Assembly: GCA_044229975.1 (NCBI GenBank)
Contig: JBGARZ010000001.1
Span: 704,001-768,000 of the forward strand
Direction of reading: 5' to 3'
DNA: 64,000 nucleotides
Source: Polyangiales bacterium
GTDB taxonomy: Bacteria > Myxococcota_A > Polyangia > Polyangiales > Ga0077539
The notes under the pieces were generated by a model. That model was not told the origin of the DNA. It made no database searches and was given only the letters and a program-made list of their open reading frames with translations. The first letter of the stretch is position 1, and the number at the start of each line of letters is the position of its first letter. Positions 29,585 to 39,116 of this stretch are shown here, piece by piece. The position numbers and the translations under genes were made by a program.

Positions 29585-30868
29585 TCAGCGCGCGAGCCAC
29601 GCGCACGGCCCAGCGGGGACGACGGCGGGCGCACTCCGTGGTCGACGGCGTACGAGCTGACGGAGGCGCTGCCAGTCGCGGGTCACCTGCTCGGCGTAGC
29701 GCACCGCGACGTCGGCCTGTTCATCAGCGAAGGCATCACGGTCGGCGGTGACCGCCCCCATCAACGATCGCCGGTGGATGGCCGCGAGGTGGGCACCGAG
29801 CGTTTGCGCGAGGTCATGCAGCGCGGCGAACTCACCGAGCGGACCGCGCAGCTTCGTGACGCGAAGCCCACGCGACGCATCGACCTCCGCGCGCACCTGA
29901 ACGGGACAGCCGCGCCACGTCGTCGCGCCCCACAACGGGTCGGCGTCGGCGTGCGTCCAGAGCGCTCGTCGCGCGGCGATCACCCTCGCCACCGGGTCGG
30001 GTTGGGGCTGCGGCATCGGGGCGTCGACCAGCTCCTTCAGCTCGACGATCACGTCGTCACCCGGGTCGTCCGTCGGACCTCGCAGGAGCAACAGCAGACG
30101 CACGCGACCCAGACTCGCCGTCCCACGACCCAACGCGCGCACCACATCGAGCACCGTGAAGAACACCGCGTCGCGCGGCTCGACCAGCGTCGCGCGGTAC
30201 GACGTCATGAGCTCCGCGGTCGCGTCGCGCACAGGAGCACCCACGTCTTCCAGGCGCTTGTTCGGGTCGTTGCGATCGATGGACCCGCGACGCAAGCGAC
30301 GGGTGCCTCCGTCGAGCACGGTGAAGTCTTCGAGCTCGTCGCGGCGGCTCACGGCCCGTTGTGTGCGCGTGAGCAGCTCGTCGACCACGGCGCCGTTGCT
30401 CGGAGGTGGAGCGCCCGCGATGCCATCGGCGTAGGCCAGCGCGGCGGTGCGGGCGAGCTCGCGGCCGTGGCGGGGAGCGGCGAGGCACAGCGCGACCGAG
30501 AGGCGGCGCAGGTCCCACAGGTACGAGACGGGGCCCGCGCAGTCGAGGTCGTTGGCCTCGAAGGTGACGCGACCGTCGCGACCGACGAGCGTGCCGAAGT
30601 TCTCGACGTGGGGGTCGCCCACGCTGAAGGGGCGCGCGTGCTGATCGTCGAAGCGCGAGCGAGCGAGGCCGGTGGCCGGGTCGAGCCAGTCGCTCAAGAA
30701 CACCGGGAGCGCGGCGCGGTAGAAGGAGAAGGGCGACGCGATGACACGCGACGGATCGAAGCCGTCGACGAGGGAGAGCAGGCGCGCGTCGCGGTCGTCG
30801 CCCACGTCGGCGGTGACGACGGCGAGCGCAGCGGCGAGCAGCATCGCGAGGGGGCGCGTTCGGGGCAC
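29585..30868 (-). CDS. DUF2252-family protein with hydrophobic N-terminus
   Basis: SPFSFYR, GDPHVENFG, NDLD, WDLRRL, GTASLGR.R, ELKE. Confidence 0.8.
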   Translation of the reverse strand: MPRTRPLAMLLAAALAVVTADVGDDRDARLLSLVDGFDPSRVIASPFSFYRAALPVFLSDWLDPATGLARSRFDDQHARPFSVGDPHVENFGTLVGRDGRVTFEANDLDCAGPVSYLWDLRRLSVALCLAAPRHGRELARTAALAYADGIAGAPPPSNGAVVDELLTRTQRAVSRRDELEDFTVLDGGTRRLRRGSIDRNDPNKRLEDVGAPVRDATAELMTSYRATLVEPRDAVFFTVLDVVRALGRGTASLGRVRLLLLLRGPTDDPGDDVIVELKELVDAPMPQPQPDPVARVIAARRALWTHADADPLWGATTWRGCPVQVRAEVDASRGLRVTKLRGPLGEFAALHDLAQTLGAHLAAIHRRSLMGAVTADRDAFADEQADVAVRYAEQVTRDWQRLRQLVRRRPRSAPAVVPAGPCAWLAR

Positions 30869-30904
30869 TGGATCGGGGCGCGACGCTAACAGAGAGCGGC
30901 GGCT

Positions 30905-32962
30905 CTACTCGCTCCGTCCGGGGTACGGGCGGGCCTGCTTGACGACGAGGCGCGCGGGCTCGGCCGTCCCGCCGCGGTCGAACTTGAACTCGACGTCCAT
31001 CGCGTACCAGCCGTTGTTGCCCGCGGCCGGTCCGTACGCCGCGGAGAAGCGCTGGTGGATGGCGGTGAGCGCGGTGCCGAGCTCGTGCACCTGCGTGGGC
31101 GTGAGCACGGTGAAGCCCGCGGGCACCAGGTTGGAGCGCGCGAGGTAGGTCACCGGCTGCCCCGGCTGGCTGAAGTAGTGGAGAAACTGATCGCTCGTGA
31201 TGCCGGGTCGCGGGTGCACCACCTCCACGTCGCCGCCGAACTGCACGTTGACGTAGAGCGCCGGGTCGAGGCCCGACTCGTCGAAGGGGTTGGCCGTGAC
31301 GGCGACGCCGTTCGCGTCCTCGTCGGGGAAGTTGTAGTGCACCAGCAGCGCCATGCCGACGGAGCGGTGGTCGACGCCGTAGTAGCTGCGCTCTTCGTAG
31401 GTGCGGTACGACCACGAGCTCGCGTAGGTCTCGCGGATGGCGTTGAGGAGGTTGTTCCACTCGGCGGGGTCGCCCGAGTGGGACTCGTAACAACCCGCGC
31501 AGGGGAAGCCTTCGAGGTCTTCGCTGTTGGTGCTCGTGCGGAAGCGCAGCGTGCCGTTGGAGAAGTCCGTGCGGATCTTCTCGCGGAGCTGCGCCTGTAG
31601 CCCTTCGTCGACGGTTCCGGCCATGATCGCGTCGTGAAACTCGCCGAGGCGGCTCGCGCGGTACGCCGAGTTGTCGCGAAACTGCGCGTCGGCCTGGAGC
31701 GCCGCGAGGCGATCGTAGAGCCCGTTGTCGCGCATGAACTTGTCGTAGAAGTACACGGGCACCGCGAAGGCCGGTCGCACCGGGACGCCCGGCGTACGCG
31801 CCAGGATGGAGTACTGCGCAGCCTTGCCACCGTAGGCGCGCGTCGCGGCCACGAGGTTGGCGCGCAGGGTCTGCGTGCCGGTGGGCTCCGGCGTGACGTC
31901 CTCGATGTCGACGATGGTCTGCGCCGTGAGGTCGAGCGGTGGGAGGGTGATGGCCGTGGGGCGGTGCGCGGCCCAGTAGGTCTCGGCCTCGGTCTGGGTG
32001 GCCTCGCGGATGGTCCACGCGTCGGCCGTGACGGCGAGCTCGACGAGGCGGCCTTCGAGCGCGCGGAGACGCGCGTTGGTCATCGCGCCGCGCAGTCCCA
32101 TGTTGGGCGTGTGGCGGTTCTGCGAGAGCACGTTGATGTGTGAGAGCGGGGTCTGGAAGGTCTCGGTGATGAGGCCCTGCACCACGGAGATGTCGTTGGG
32201 CGCCTCGTCGAGCACGACGATGTCCTCGAAGGAGAGAAACTGCGACGACAGCGCGTTGGCCGTGCTGAAGCGCAGCCGCCCGAAGGAGGTCGCGATGGTG
32301 AGCGGCTGGTACTCGATGCGCGCGTAGATCTGGTCGGTGGTGATCATCCGCGTTCCCGCGGGGAGGTCACGCGCGGTGACGGCCGCGGTGTCGGAGGTCG
32401 GGTGCACCGCGAGCGCGGGGCCGAAGAAGGCCACCTGCTTCACGGCGTTGTAGAGGGTCGAGATCATCGCGGCGGAGGCGGTGTCGTAGGGCGAGAACTC
32501 CAGCGCCCACACGCCGGGGCCTTCGTAGTGGGTGACGGCCGCGAGGATGAAGCGCCGGTCGGGGCTGAAGTACTCCGTGGTGTTGAACACCGACAGCGAT
32601 GGAACCACCGGCATCCCGTTGCCCGACAGGTGCGTGGAAACAAAGCGGTAGTGGATCTGGAAGCGCTGGCTGTTCTGGAAGTACAGGTTGCCGTTGGTGC
32701 GGTCGTAGACGACCTTCACCGAGCGCGCACCGGGGAGCGTGGTGTCGAGCGGTGCCGACGCGAGGGCGTTGAAGTCCGCGCTGCACTGCACCTGCCGCAG
32801 CGAGTCCGGCGCCATGGTCGGGTCCGCGACCTGGCAGGTGCCCTCGACCAGCGTGACGGGGGTGTCCGTCGTCGCGGCGGGGCTCTCGTCGTCGGTGCAG
32901 CGGGCGAAGGCCAGCAGCAGCGCGAGGAGCCCGGCGAGGTGTGGCGGGAGCCGCGGGTTCAT
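30905..32962 (-). CDS. PEP/pyruvate-binding (ATP-grasp) dikinase-like protein with predicted lipoprotein signal
   Basis: GGKAA, FAVP, RTSTNSEDL..F..AG.YES, NGVAVT, DVEF, KQARP; upstream LITE..TPLSHINV His motif; N-terminal LLALLLAFARC. Confidence 0.82.
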   Translation of the reverse strand: MNPRLPPHLAGLLALLLAFARCTDDESPAATTDTPVTLVEGTCQVADPTMAPDSLRQVQCSADFNALASAPLDTTLPGARSVKVVYDRTNGNLYFQNSQRFQIHYRFVSTHLSGNGMPVVPSLSVFNTTEYFSPDRRFILAAVTHYEGPGVWALEFSPYDTASAAMISTLYNAVKQVAFFGPALAVHPTSDTAAVTARDLPAGTRMITTDQIYARIEYQPLTIATSFGRLRFSTANALSSQFLSFEDIVVLDEAPNDISVVQGLITETFQTPLSHINVLSQNRHTPNMGLRGAMTNARLRALEGRLVELAVTADAWTIREATQTEAETYWAAHRPTAITLPPLDLTAQTIVDIEDVTPEPTGTQTLRANLVAATRAYGGKAAQYSILARTPGVPVRPAFAVPVYFYDKFMRDNGLYDRLAALQADAQFRDNSAYRASRLGEFHDAIMAGTVDEGLQAQLREKIRTDFSNGTLRFRTSTNSEDLEGFPCAGCYESHSGDPAEWNNLLNAIRETYASSWSYRTYEERSYYGVDHRSVGMALLVHYNFPDEDANGVAVTANPFDESGLDPALYVNVQFGGDVEVVHPRPGITSDQFLHYFSQPGQPVTYLARSNLVPAGFTVLTPTQVHELGTALTAIHQRFSAAYGPAAGNNGWYAMDVEFKFDRGGTAEPARLVVKQARPYPGRSE

Positions 32963-33939
32963 GGCGTGAGCGCGAAGCAGTAGAAGCCGCCGTAGCCGCC
33001 GCCCGAGCCCACCGTCGGGATGGCGAGGTTGGGGGGGCCCATCTCGATGAGGCTCACGCCCGGCGCGCAGCCGGCCTCGTCGAGGGACGACATCCAGTGG
33101 TCCATGCTGCCGCCACCACCGCCACCGCCGCCGGTGTTGCGCGGCCAGGAGTGACCCACGCGGGGTCGGCCCTCGGTGGTGCGGTTGCCGAGCGCGCTGG
33201 TCCAGTCGAGGCACGTCGCCGTGGCGCCGTAGAGGCGGCCCGAGGCGTTGCTGCCCGTGAGCATGTCGTGGTTGTCGACCTGCCCTGCGGTCGGATCGGG
33301 TCGATGGTTGGGCACGCCGTCCTCGTTGGGGAAGTCGTTGCGGATGGCCGAGTGCGCCATCGTCGGGCGCGTCGCCGTGATGTCCGAGAGGGTCGTTCCG
33401 AAGAGGCGGCCGAGGCGGTCGTACCAGGGGCCCGACCCGATGCGGGTGATGGCGTGCACCTGGGCGCCCGTCCCGTCGTTGGTCGCGCTCAAGAACGCTC
33501 GCCACTGCTTGCGGCTCGACCCCGGCATGCTGCGCTCGGCGATGGCCGCACAGATGCGATCGGCCCCGCGGATGCCTGCGTTGGCGCCGGTCTCGCCGTA
33601 GCGCAGGTCGCCGCCAAAGCCGCTCGCGCTGCCGGAGAGGTCTTGCAGCGCGCGCAGGCTGGTGACGAAGAAGCTGAAGCGCGGGAGCTCGCCCACGTCC
33701 CCCGCGACGCCGACGTCCGTCACGGCAGTGCCTGCGTCGACCACGGGAGTGATGCCTGCGTCGATCACCGGAGTCACGCCGACGTCGTTCGTGGTGGTGC
33801 TGCCTGTGTCGGTCGGGGTCACCGTCACGACGTCCGACCCGGCGCCGCTGTCGGTGTTCTGGATGATGATGATGTCGCCGCACCCGAGGGCGCCCAACGC
33901 GAGGCAGCCCAGCCAACGGTTCCAGTGTCGTGCGCTCAT
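32959..33939 (-). CDS. Lipoprotein with endostatin/DUF1554-like (C-type lectin fold) domain
   Basis: Lipobox ALGC; FFVTS, GDL, GADRIC, WRAFLS, RIGSGPW, TCLDWTS, FYCFA. Confidence 0.7.
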   Translation of the reverse strand: MSARHWNRWLGCLALGALGCGDIIIIQNTDSGAGSDVVTVTPTDTGSTTTNDVGVTPVIDAGITPVVDAGTAVTDVGVAGDVGELPRFSFFVTSLRALQDLSGSASGFGGDLRYGETGANAGIRGADRICAAIAERSMPGSSRKQWRAFLSATNDGTGAQVHAITRIGSGPWYDRLGRLFGTTLSDITATRPTMAHSAIRNDFPNEDGVPNHRPDPTAGQVDNHDMLTGSNASGRLYGATATCLDWTSALGNRTTEGRPRVGHSWPRNTGGGGGGGGSMDHWMSSLDEAGCAPGVSLIEMGPPNLAIPTVGSGGGYGGFYCFALTP

Positions 33940-33953
33940 GGTCGTCGCTCCTT

Positions 33954-34967
33954 TCATCCGCAGGTGAGGTCGGCGCGGCAGGTGCCCGCATCGCCGCAGT
34001 CGGTGTCGCTGGTGCACGATCGCAGCCCGGGGATCGTCACCGGCGTCTCCACGCCCGACGACACCACCAGCTCGACGCGCCCCGCAGGCAGCGGCGCCGA
34101 CCCGATGGCCTCGCGCGTCACCACCACCGTGGGGTAGCCCGCGACGCCCAGCGCCAGCAGCCGCGTCACCAGGTTGGCCCCGATGCTGAGCTCGCCGTCG
34201 TCCGCGGTGTCGCACTCGATCTTGCCGCGCGTCCCGCCGTGGTGGCTGATGTCCAGGTGCACCAGCACGCGCTGCCCGGTCTGCGTCGGCGCCGTCCACC
34301 GCAACGCAAACGCCGTCCCGGTCGCCAGGTTGAGCGCGCCCGTCGCCAGCGCGAGCGGCGCGATGCCCCGCGTCTCCAGCGCAAACGCCGACGCCCACGC
34401 GCTGCCGCCCGCCTCGACGCGCAGCGCATCGCCCTCCGCAAACGCCGGGTACGGCAGCTCGACGGAGGTCTGATACGCGTTGGCCACGGTGACCATCTCG
34501 AAGCTCGTCGCGCCGTCCGAGGTGCGAACGCCGGTCACCCGCACCGTCCCTACGCTCTGCGACGCGGGGTACGGACGACAGGTGTTGTTCTCGACGCACA
34601 CCGCGCTGCCGCCGCACGGCGTCGCGCAAAACGGAACCCGCGGCGTGACCAGCCGACAATCACCATCGACCGCGGCCTCTTCCCACACGAGCTGCGCGGG
34701 CGTGGGGCCGTCCTGCACGCGACCCACGACCGAGGTGTACCCGGGGCCCGCGTCGGTGCCCGCGATGAGCTGAACCTGGAAGGTTCCGATGACCGCGTCG
34801 GTGGCGACGCCTCCGTCGGTGGCGGTGGTGCCGCGATCGGTGACGGCGCCCGCGTCGGTCACGCTGGCGTCGCTCGCGGGGGTGCTCGATCCGCAGGCGG
34901 ACAGGGCGAAGGCAAGGAGGGAGGGAGCGCACCAGCGGTGCGCACTCGAAGGCTTCAGTTCGGGCAT
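33954..34967 (-). CDS. Cys-rich lipoprotein, unknown function
   Basis: Lipobox LSAC; Cys clusters at the N- and C-termini. Confidence 0.7.
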   Translation of the reverse strand: MPELKPSSAHRWCAPSLLAFALSACGSSTPASDASVTDAGAVTDRGTTATDGGVATDAVIGTFQVQLIAGTDAGPGYTSVVGRVQDGPTPAQLVWEEAAVDGDCRLVTPRVPFCATPCGGSAVCVENNTCRPYPASQSVGTVRVTGVRTSDGATSFEMVTVANAYQTSVELPYPAFAEGDALRVEAGGSAWASAFALETRGIAPLALATGALNLATGTAFALRWTAPTQTGQRVLVHLDISHHGGTRGKIECDTADDGELSIGANLVTRLLALGVAGYPTVVVTREAIGSAPLPAGRVELVVSSGVETPVTIPGLRSCTSDTDCGDAGTCRADLTCG

Positions 34968-34971
34968 TGGG

Positions 34972-35595
34972 TCATCCCTTCTCGACCGACCCATCCCGGG
35001 GACCGGGGCGGTAGGTCACGATGAGCTCGGCGCTGTCGTGGAGGAGGTCGACGTTTTCGACGACGACCCGTGAGCACTGCGCCCCGAGGCGCTTGGAGAG
35101 GTCGGCCAGCAGGGCGGCGCGCTGGTCGGCCTGGAGGAGTTCGAGGCGGTCGTAGCGGACCATCACGGTGTCCTCGTGGCGGCCCCACTGCCCGAGTTCG
35201 AGCACGGCGAGGACGGTGAGCAGCGCGGCGTCGATGAGCACCACCCGCGCGAGGTCGGCGGCGTGGGCCGCGACGCCGTTGAGGATCGCGAGCCCGATGA
35301 CCGTGAAGAGGTACGTGAGGTCGCGGATGCGCATCGCCTCGGTGCGGTACCGGAGGATGCCGAACACCGCGAAGAGGCCGAGCGAGAGGCCCATCTCGAC
35401 GCGCACGCCCGCGAGCATGTAGGCGACCGAGAAGGTGATGAGGTTGAGCAGCCAGTACGTGAACGCGTACTCGCGGCGCGGATAGAGCCGCACGTAGACG
35501 ACCTGCACCACGATGAAGGTGGCCACGAGGTCGAGGAGCAGGCGCGGCGCGAAGGAGACGAGGGCACTGAGGAGAAGCTCGAAGGCGTGGTGCAT
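34972..35595 (-). CDS. DUF4956 membrane protein
   Basis: GLSLGLFAVFGILRYRTE..IRDLTYLF..IGL; TGATG overlap with the VTC gene. Confidence 0.88.
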   Translation of the reverse strand: MHHAFELLLSALVSFAPRLLLDLVATFIVVQVVYVRLYPRREYAFTYWLLNLITFSVAYMLAGVRVEMGLSLGLFAVFGILRYRTEAMRIRDLTYLFTVIGLAILNGVAAHAADLARVVLIDAALLTVLAVLELGQWGRHEDTVMVRYDRLELLQADQRAALLADLSKRLGAQCSRVVVENVDLLHDSAELIVTYRPGPRDGSVEKG

Positions 35596-36461
35596 CAGCG
35601 GCCCCTTTCGATGGCGCGGAGCGACGGGCGGAAGGCGTTGGCGGGCTCGTCGCCGAGCAGCGCGATGGCCATGCAGTACTTGCTGAACGAGAGCAGACGC
35701 GCCTGGTGCTGGCGCAGCGCGCACACGAGCGGTGAGGCGGGGCCGCGGCCGACGTCCTTCACCTCGACGACCACCATGGAGTCGACCACGCGCCGCGCGT
35801 CGGCCCGCTCGAAGGTGACCTGGAAGTCGAGGGTCGCGCGCTCGACGGAGGTTGCGTTGACCAGCATGAGGCGGTGGAAGAGCGTGCGCGCCTGCGGGAC
35901 GATCTCCCCGTCGGAGTAGATGCGCGGCACCGCGGCGAGCAGCAGCGCGCGGTCGGTGGACGTGAGCTCGGTGGTCATCTCGGGGCGCTTCCAGCGGAGC
36001 TTGCGGGTGTCGCCGCGCGCCGTCTTCTCCTTGTATTCGAGCATGGAGATTTCGCGGTCGACGTAGTTGCGCACGCGCAGCTTGAAGCGCGGGCGGCGGC
36101 CCCGGCGGTGGTCGTGGTAGCTGCGGAGCGACGCGGTATCGAAGTAGACCGTGTCGTAGAGGGCGAGGCGCTCTTCGCGCGCGAGCACCACGCGGTAGTC
36201 GTTGGTCAGCGCCCCGACGACGGCGAGCGCCTGGCTCGCGGGCAGCAGGAACTTCCGGTCGTAGCGGCGTTCGAGGGCGGCCCGTTCGAGCTCGGTGGCG
36301 CTGGCGACGGCGAAGCGCGCGGCGAGGTCGGCCATGGGGCCGGTGCGCGGGTCGACGGGAGGGGCGGGCGGGCGCGCGCTCACGATCGGGAAGGACCCCG
36401 AAGGGCGCCGCGAGTCAACGACGATGGGACGCGCGGCGGCGGGTTCGAGGAGCGACTGCAT
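35595..36461 (-). CDS. VTC-domain polyphosphate polymerase
   Basis: RYDRKF, YDTVYFDT, RFKLRVRNY, LEYKEK, ERATLD, VVEVK, FSKYC. Confidence 0.88.
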   Translation of the reverse strand: MQSLLEPAAARPIVVDSRRPSGSFPIVSARPPAPPVDPRTGPMADLAARFAVASATELERAALERRYDRKFLLPASQALAVVGALTNDYRVVLAREERLALYDTVYFDTASLRSYHDHRRGRRPRFKLRVRNYVDREISMLEYKEKTARGDTRKLRWKRPEMTTELTSTDRALLLAAVPRIYSDGEIVPQARTLFHRLMLVNATSVERATLDFQVTFERADARRVVDSMVVVEVKDVGRGPASPLVCALRQHQARLLSFSKYCMAIALLGDEPANAFRPSLRAIERGR

Positions 36462-36605
36462 GAAGACGACAGGGCCTCTCGGACGGCGTGCTGACCGACC
36501 GTGTGGAAGTGCGAGGAGGACTTCAGAGGGCGGGAGCGGCGCCCCTCACTCCATGAATGGGACCTGACCCGGGGTCGCTTCACGCAAAATCCACCGCGAT
36601 GTTTC

Positions 36606-37616
36606 ATGTTGCGATATGACCCCATCGTGGACCGCGCGTGGAGGCTCGCGACGCTGAGCCTGGCGTCGCTGTCGATGGCAGGGACGGCGGCGGGCGCCCA
36701 GGAGACCGGGCGGTTTCGCTACGCCTGGGCGCGCGACGAGGGCGCCGAACGCTGCCCCGACGGCCCCACCATCGCCCGCGACGTCGCGCGGCGGTTGGGT
36801 CGCGATCCCTTCGTGACGGTGAGCGGAGCGCCCTCCATCGAAGCGATGGTGCGCCGCGAGGGGTCGTCCTGGGTGGCCCGCCTCGTGGTGCGCGACGCGG
36901 GCGGCGGCCTCGTCGGCACGCGTGAGTTCACCAGCACCTCGGCCGACTGCACCGCCATCGCCTCGGCCGTCACGCTCGGGGTCGCGCTCTCCATCGATCC
37001 AGAGGCCGCGCTCCGACCGCCCCCGACCGAAGCGCCGCCCACCGCTCAACCAGTGACCCCGCCCGACGTCTCGCCTGCCCGCATCACACCGCCGACTCCC
37101 TGGTGGCGGCGGGCATCGGCGAGCGCGCGCGTGTCCGTGATGGCGGGACTGCTACCGGGCGCGGGCGTCGGGCTCTCGCTGGGCGCCGAGGGTGGGCCGC
37201 TGCCGTTGCTGCGAGTCGGCGCGGGGATGTCGTTCTTCCCCGAGTCGGCGACGACGTCGGGGGCGTACGCGTTCGGGTTGGCGACGGGCTGGGTCACCGC
37301 GTGTCTCGAACCATGGCGCGGTGTGCGCGCGGCGTTGGGGTTCTGCGCGCGGGTCGACGTGGGGGCGCTACAGGCCGTCGTGATGCGGGGCATCCCGCTG
37401 GGTGCCGGACAGCAGGTGTGGGGCGCGGTCACCCTCGCGCCGCGGTTGCGTCTCCACATCGCGGGGCCGGTTGCGGCCGAGCTCGGCGTCGAAGCGATGG
37501 TTCCCTTCGCGCGGCACCGCTTCAACGTCGACAGAAACACCGTGTTTCAGCAGGGAGTCGGCGGGAGCTTCGTGGCGCTCGGAGGATTCCTGGGGCTCGC
37601 CTTGCAGTTTCGCTGA
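36606..37616 (+). CDS. Exported hypothetical protein with C-terminal beta-barrel-like region
   Basis: Signal-like N-terminus, CPD motif, Pro-rich linker, beta-strand-like C-terminus; start uncertain. Confidence 0.65.
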   Translation: MLRYDPIVDRAWRLATLSLASLSMAGTAAGAQETGRFRYAWARDEGAERCPDGPTIARDVARRLGRDPFVTVSGAPSIEAMVRREGSSWVARLVVRDAGGGLVGTREFTSTSADCTAIASAVTLGVALSIDPEAALRPPPTEAPPTAQPVTPPDVSPARITPPTPWWRRASASARVSVMAGLLPGAGVGLSLGAEGGPLPLLRVGAGMSFFPESATTSGAYAFGLATGWVTACLEPWRGVRAALGFCARVDVGALQAVVMRGIPLGAGQQVWGAVTLAPRLRLHIAGPVAAELGVEAMVPFARHRFNVDRNTVFQQGVGGSFVALGGFLGLALQFR

Positions 37617-37641
37617 AGGGGGGACAACCCCAACGACATTC

Positions 37642-38223
37642 ATGGGCCGGATGTACCAGACGCTCGCCAGCCCCCTGACCGCGGACGCCCCCCGAGCGCT
37701 CGACCTCAACGAGGTCTATGCCGCGCACGCGGACTTCGTGTGGGCCTCGCTCCAGCGGCTGGGGGTTCGGCCGAGCGACCTCGACGACATGCTCCAGGAA
37801 GTCTTCATGATCGTGCACCAGCGGCTGCACACCTTCGATCACAGCTCGAAGGTCACGACGTGGCTCTTCGGGGTGTGCCTGCGGGCGGCGTCGGACTACC
37901 GACGTCGGGCGTGGCGTCGGCGCGAGAGCGTCGGCGACGAGCCGGTGGAGGAGCCCGGTGGCTCGCACGAGACGACCCCCGAAGACGATGCAGCAGGCAG
38001 CGAAGCGAGGGAGCGCCTCGACGCCGTGCTCGACGAGCTCGACGTGGAGAAGCGCGCGGTGTTCGTGATGTTCGAGGTGGAGGAAATGGGCTGTGATGAG
38101 ATCGCCGCCCTGGTGGGCGTGCCCGTCGGCACCATCTACTCGCGTCTGCACTCCGCGCGAAAGCAGTTCGAGAAGGCGCTCGCCCGACAGAAGGCGCGGG
38201 ACGTTCATGGAGGTGCGCGATGA
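37642..38223 (+). CDS. ECF RNA polymerase sigma factor
   Basis: DDMLQEVF, TTWLFG, KRAVFVMFEVEEM...EIA...PVGTIYSRL..AR. Confidence 0.92.
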   Translation: MGRMYQTLASPLTADAPRALDLNEVYAAHADFVWASLQRLGVRPSDLDDMLQEVFMIVHQRLHTFDHSSKVTTWLFGVCLRAASDYRRRAWRRRESVGDEPVEEPGGSHETTPEDDAAGSEARERLDAVLDELDVEKRAVFVMFEVEEMGCDEIAALVGVPVGTIYSRLHSARKQFEKALARQKARDVHGGAR

Positions 38224-39116
38224 GTGACCCGATTCGCTGGCGGGCGCCCGGCGGCGGCGCTCCCTCCGGGGCGCGCGACCTGCTCCGTCACGCCTCGGCG
38301 CCGAAGGCACTGAGCGCCGCACACCGGGCCCACCACGCGGCGGTGCTCGCGAAGGCTACGGCGGCGGTCGGCGCGGGCACCGGGGCGGCCGCGGGGACCA
38401 AGCTGGCCCTGGGCGCGAAGCTCTTCGCGAGCGGCAAGCTGGTGGTCATCGGGCTCGCGTCGGTGGCCGTCGTCGCGGTGGCCACGGCGACCATCCGCCA
38501 GCCCGCGGTGCAGCCCACGGCGCCGGTCGCGCAGGTCCACGTCGCGCCGCGCGAAGACGCACCCGTCTCGCCCGCGAGGGTCGCGGAGCCCGTGGTGCCG
38601 GAGACGTCGCCGCCGCCTGCGGTCGAGCCCGTCGCGGCACCTGTCGTCGAGCCGGTGGTTGCGGTCACAGCACCTGTCGCGCGCCACACTGCGCCATCGG
38701 TCGCTGCTCCCTCTGCGATCGCTGCGGCGAGCGGCGATCCGGCACCAGCGCCCACCGCCGAAACCACCGCTGACCCCACACCCGCCACGGGTGGTGGGGT
38801 CGTCGTCGCGCCGACGATCGCCACGGCAGCCGCGCCGATGCCGCCGGAAGATCCGCTCGCCGTCGAGGCGCGCCTCATGGAGCGGGCGTGGCGTTCGCTG
38901 GCGTCCGATCCGCACGACGCGCTCGCGATCGTCCAACAGCACGAGCGGGAGTTTCCCAACGGCCAGAGTGCTGCTGACCGTGACTGGATCGCCGTCCAGG
39001 CGCTCCGCTCGCTCGGGCGCACCGCCGAGACCCGCGCCCGCGCCCAGGCGCTCATCGCGCATCACCCGCGAAGTCCCTACGTCCAGCGCGCGCGGGATAT
39101 CCTCGACGCTCCATGA
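38220..39116 (+). CDS. Putative membrane anti-sigma factor with Pro-rich linker and TPR-like C-terminus
   Basis: ATGA overlap with the sigma factor gene; one TM helix; HEREFPNG..HPRSPY. Confidence 0.65.
   Translation: MSDPIRWRAPGGGAPSGARDLLRHASAPKALSAAHRAHHAAVLAKATAAVGAGTGAAAGTKLALGAKLFASGKLVVIGLASVAVVAVATATIRQPAVQPTAPVAQVHVAPREDAPVSPARVAEPVVPETSPPPAVEPVAAPVVEPVVAVTAPVARHTAPSVAAPSAIAAASGDPAPAPTAETTADPTPATGGGVVVAPTIATAAAPMPPEDPLAVEARLMERAWRSLASDPHDALAIVQQHEREFPNGQSAADRDWIAVQALRSLGRTAETRARAQALIAHHPRSPYVQRARDILDAP

Noticed and set aside
30905..33991. 1028-aa version of the dikinase ORF (likewise the 5' extensions of 5799, 12789, 20468-22198, 25402 and 61152)
   Set aside because: The extensions overlap other real genes or repeats; downstream starts with overlaps or RBS fit better
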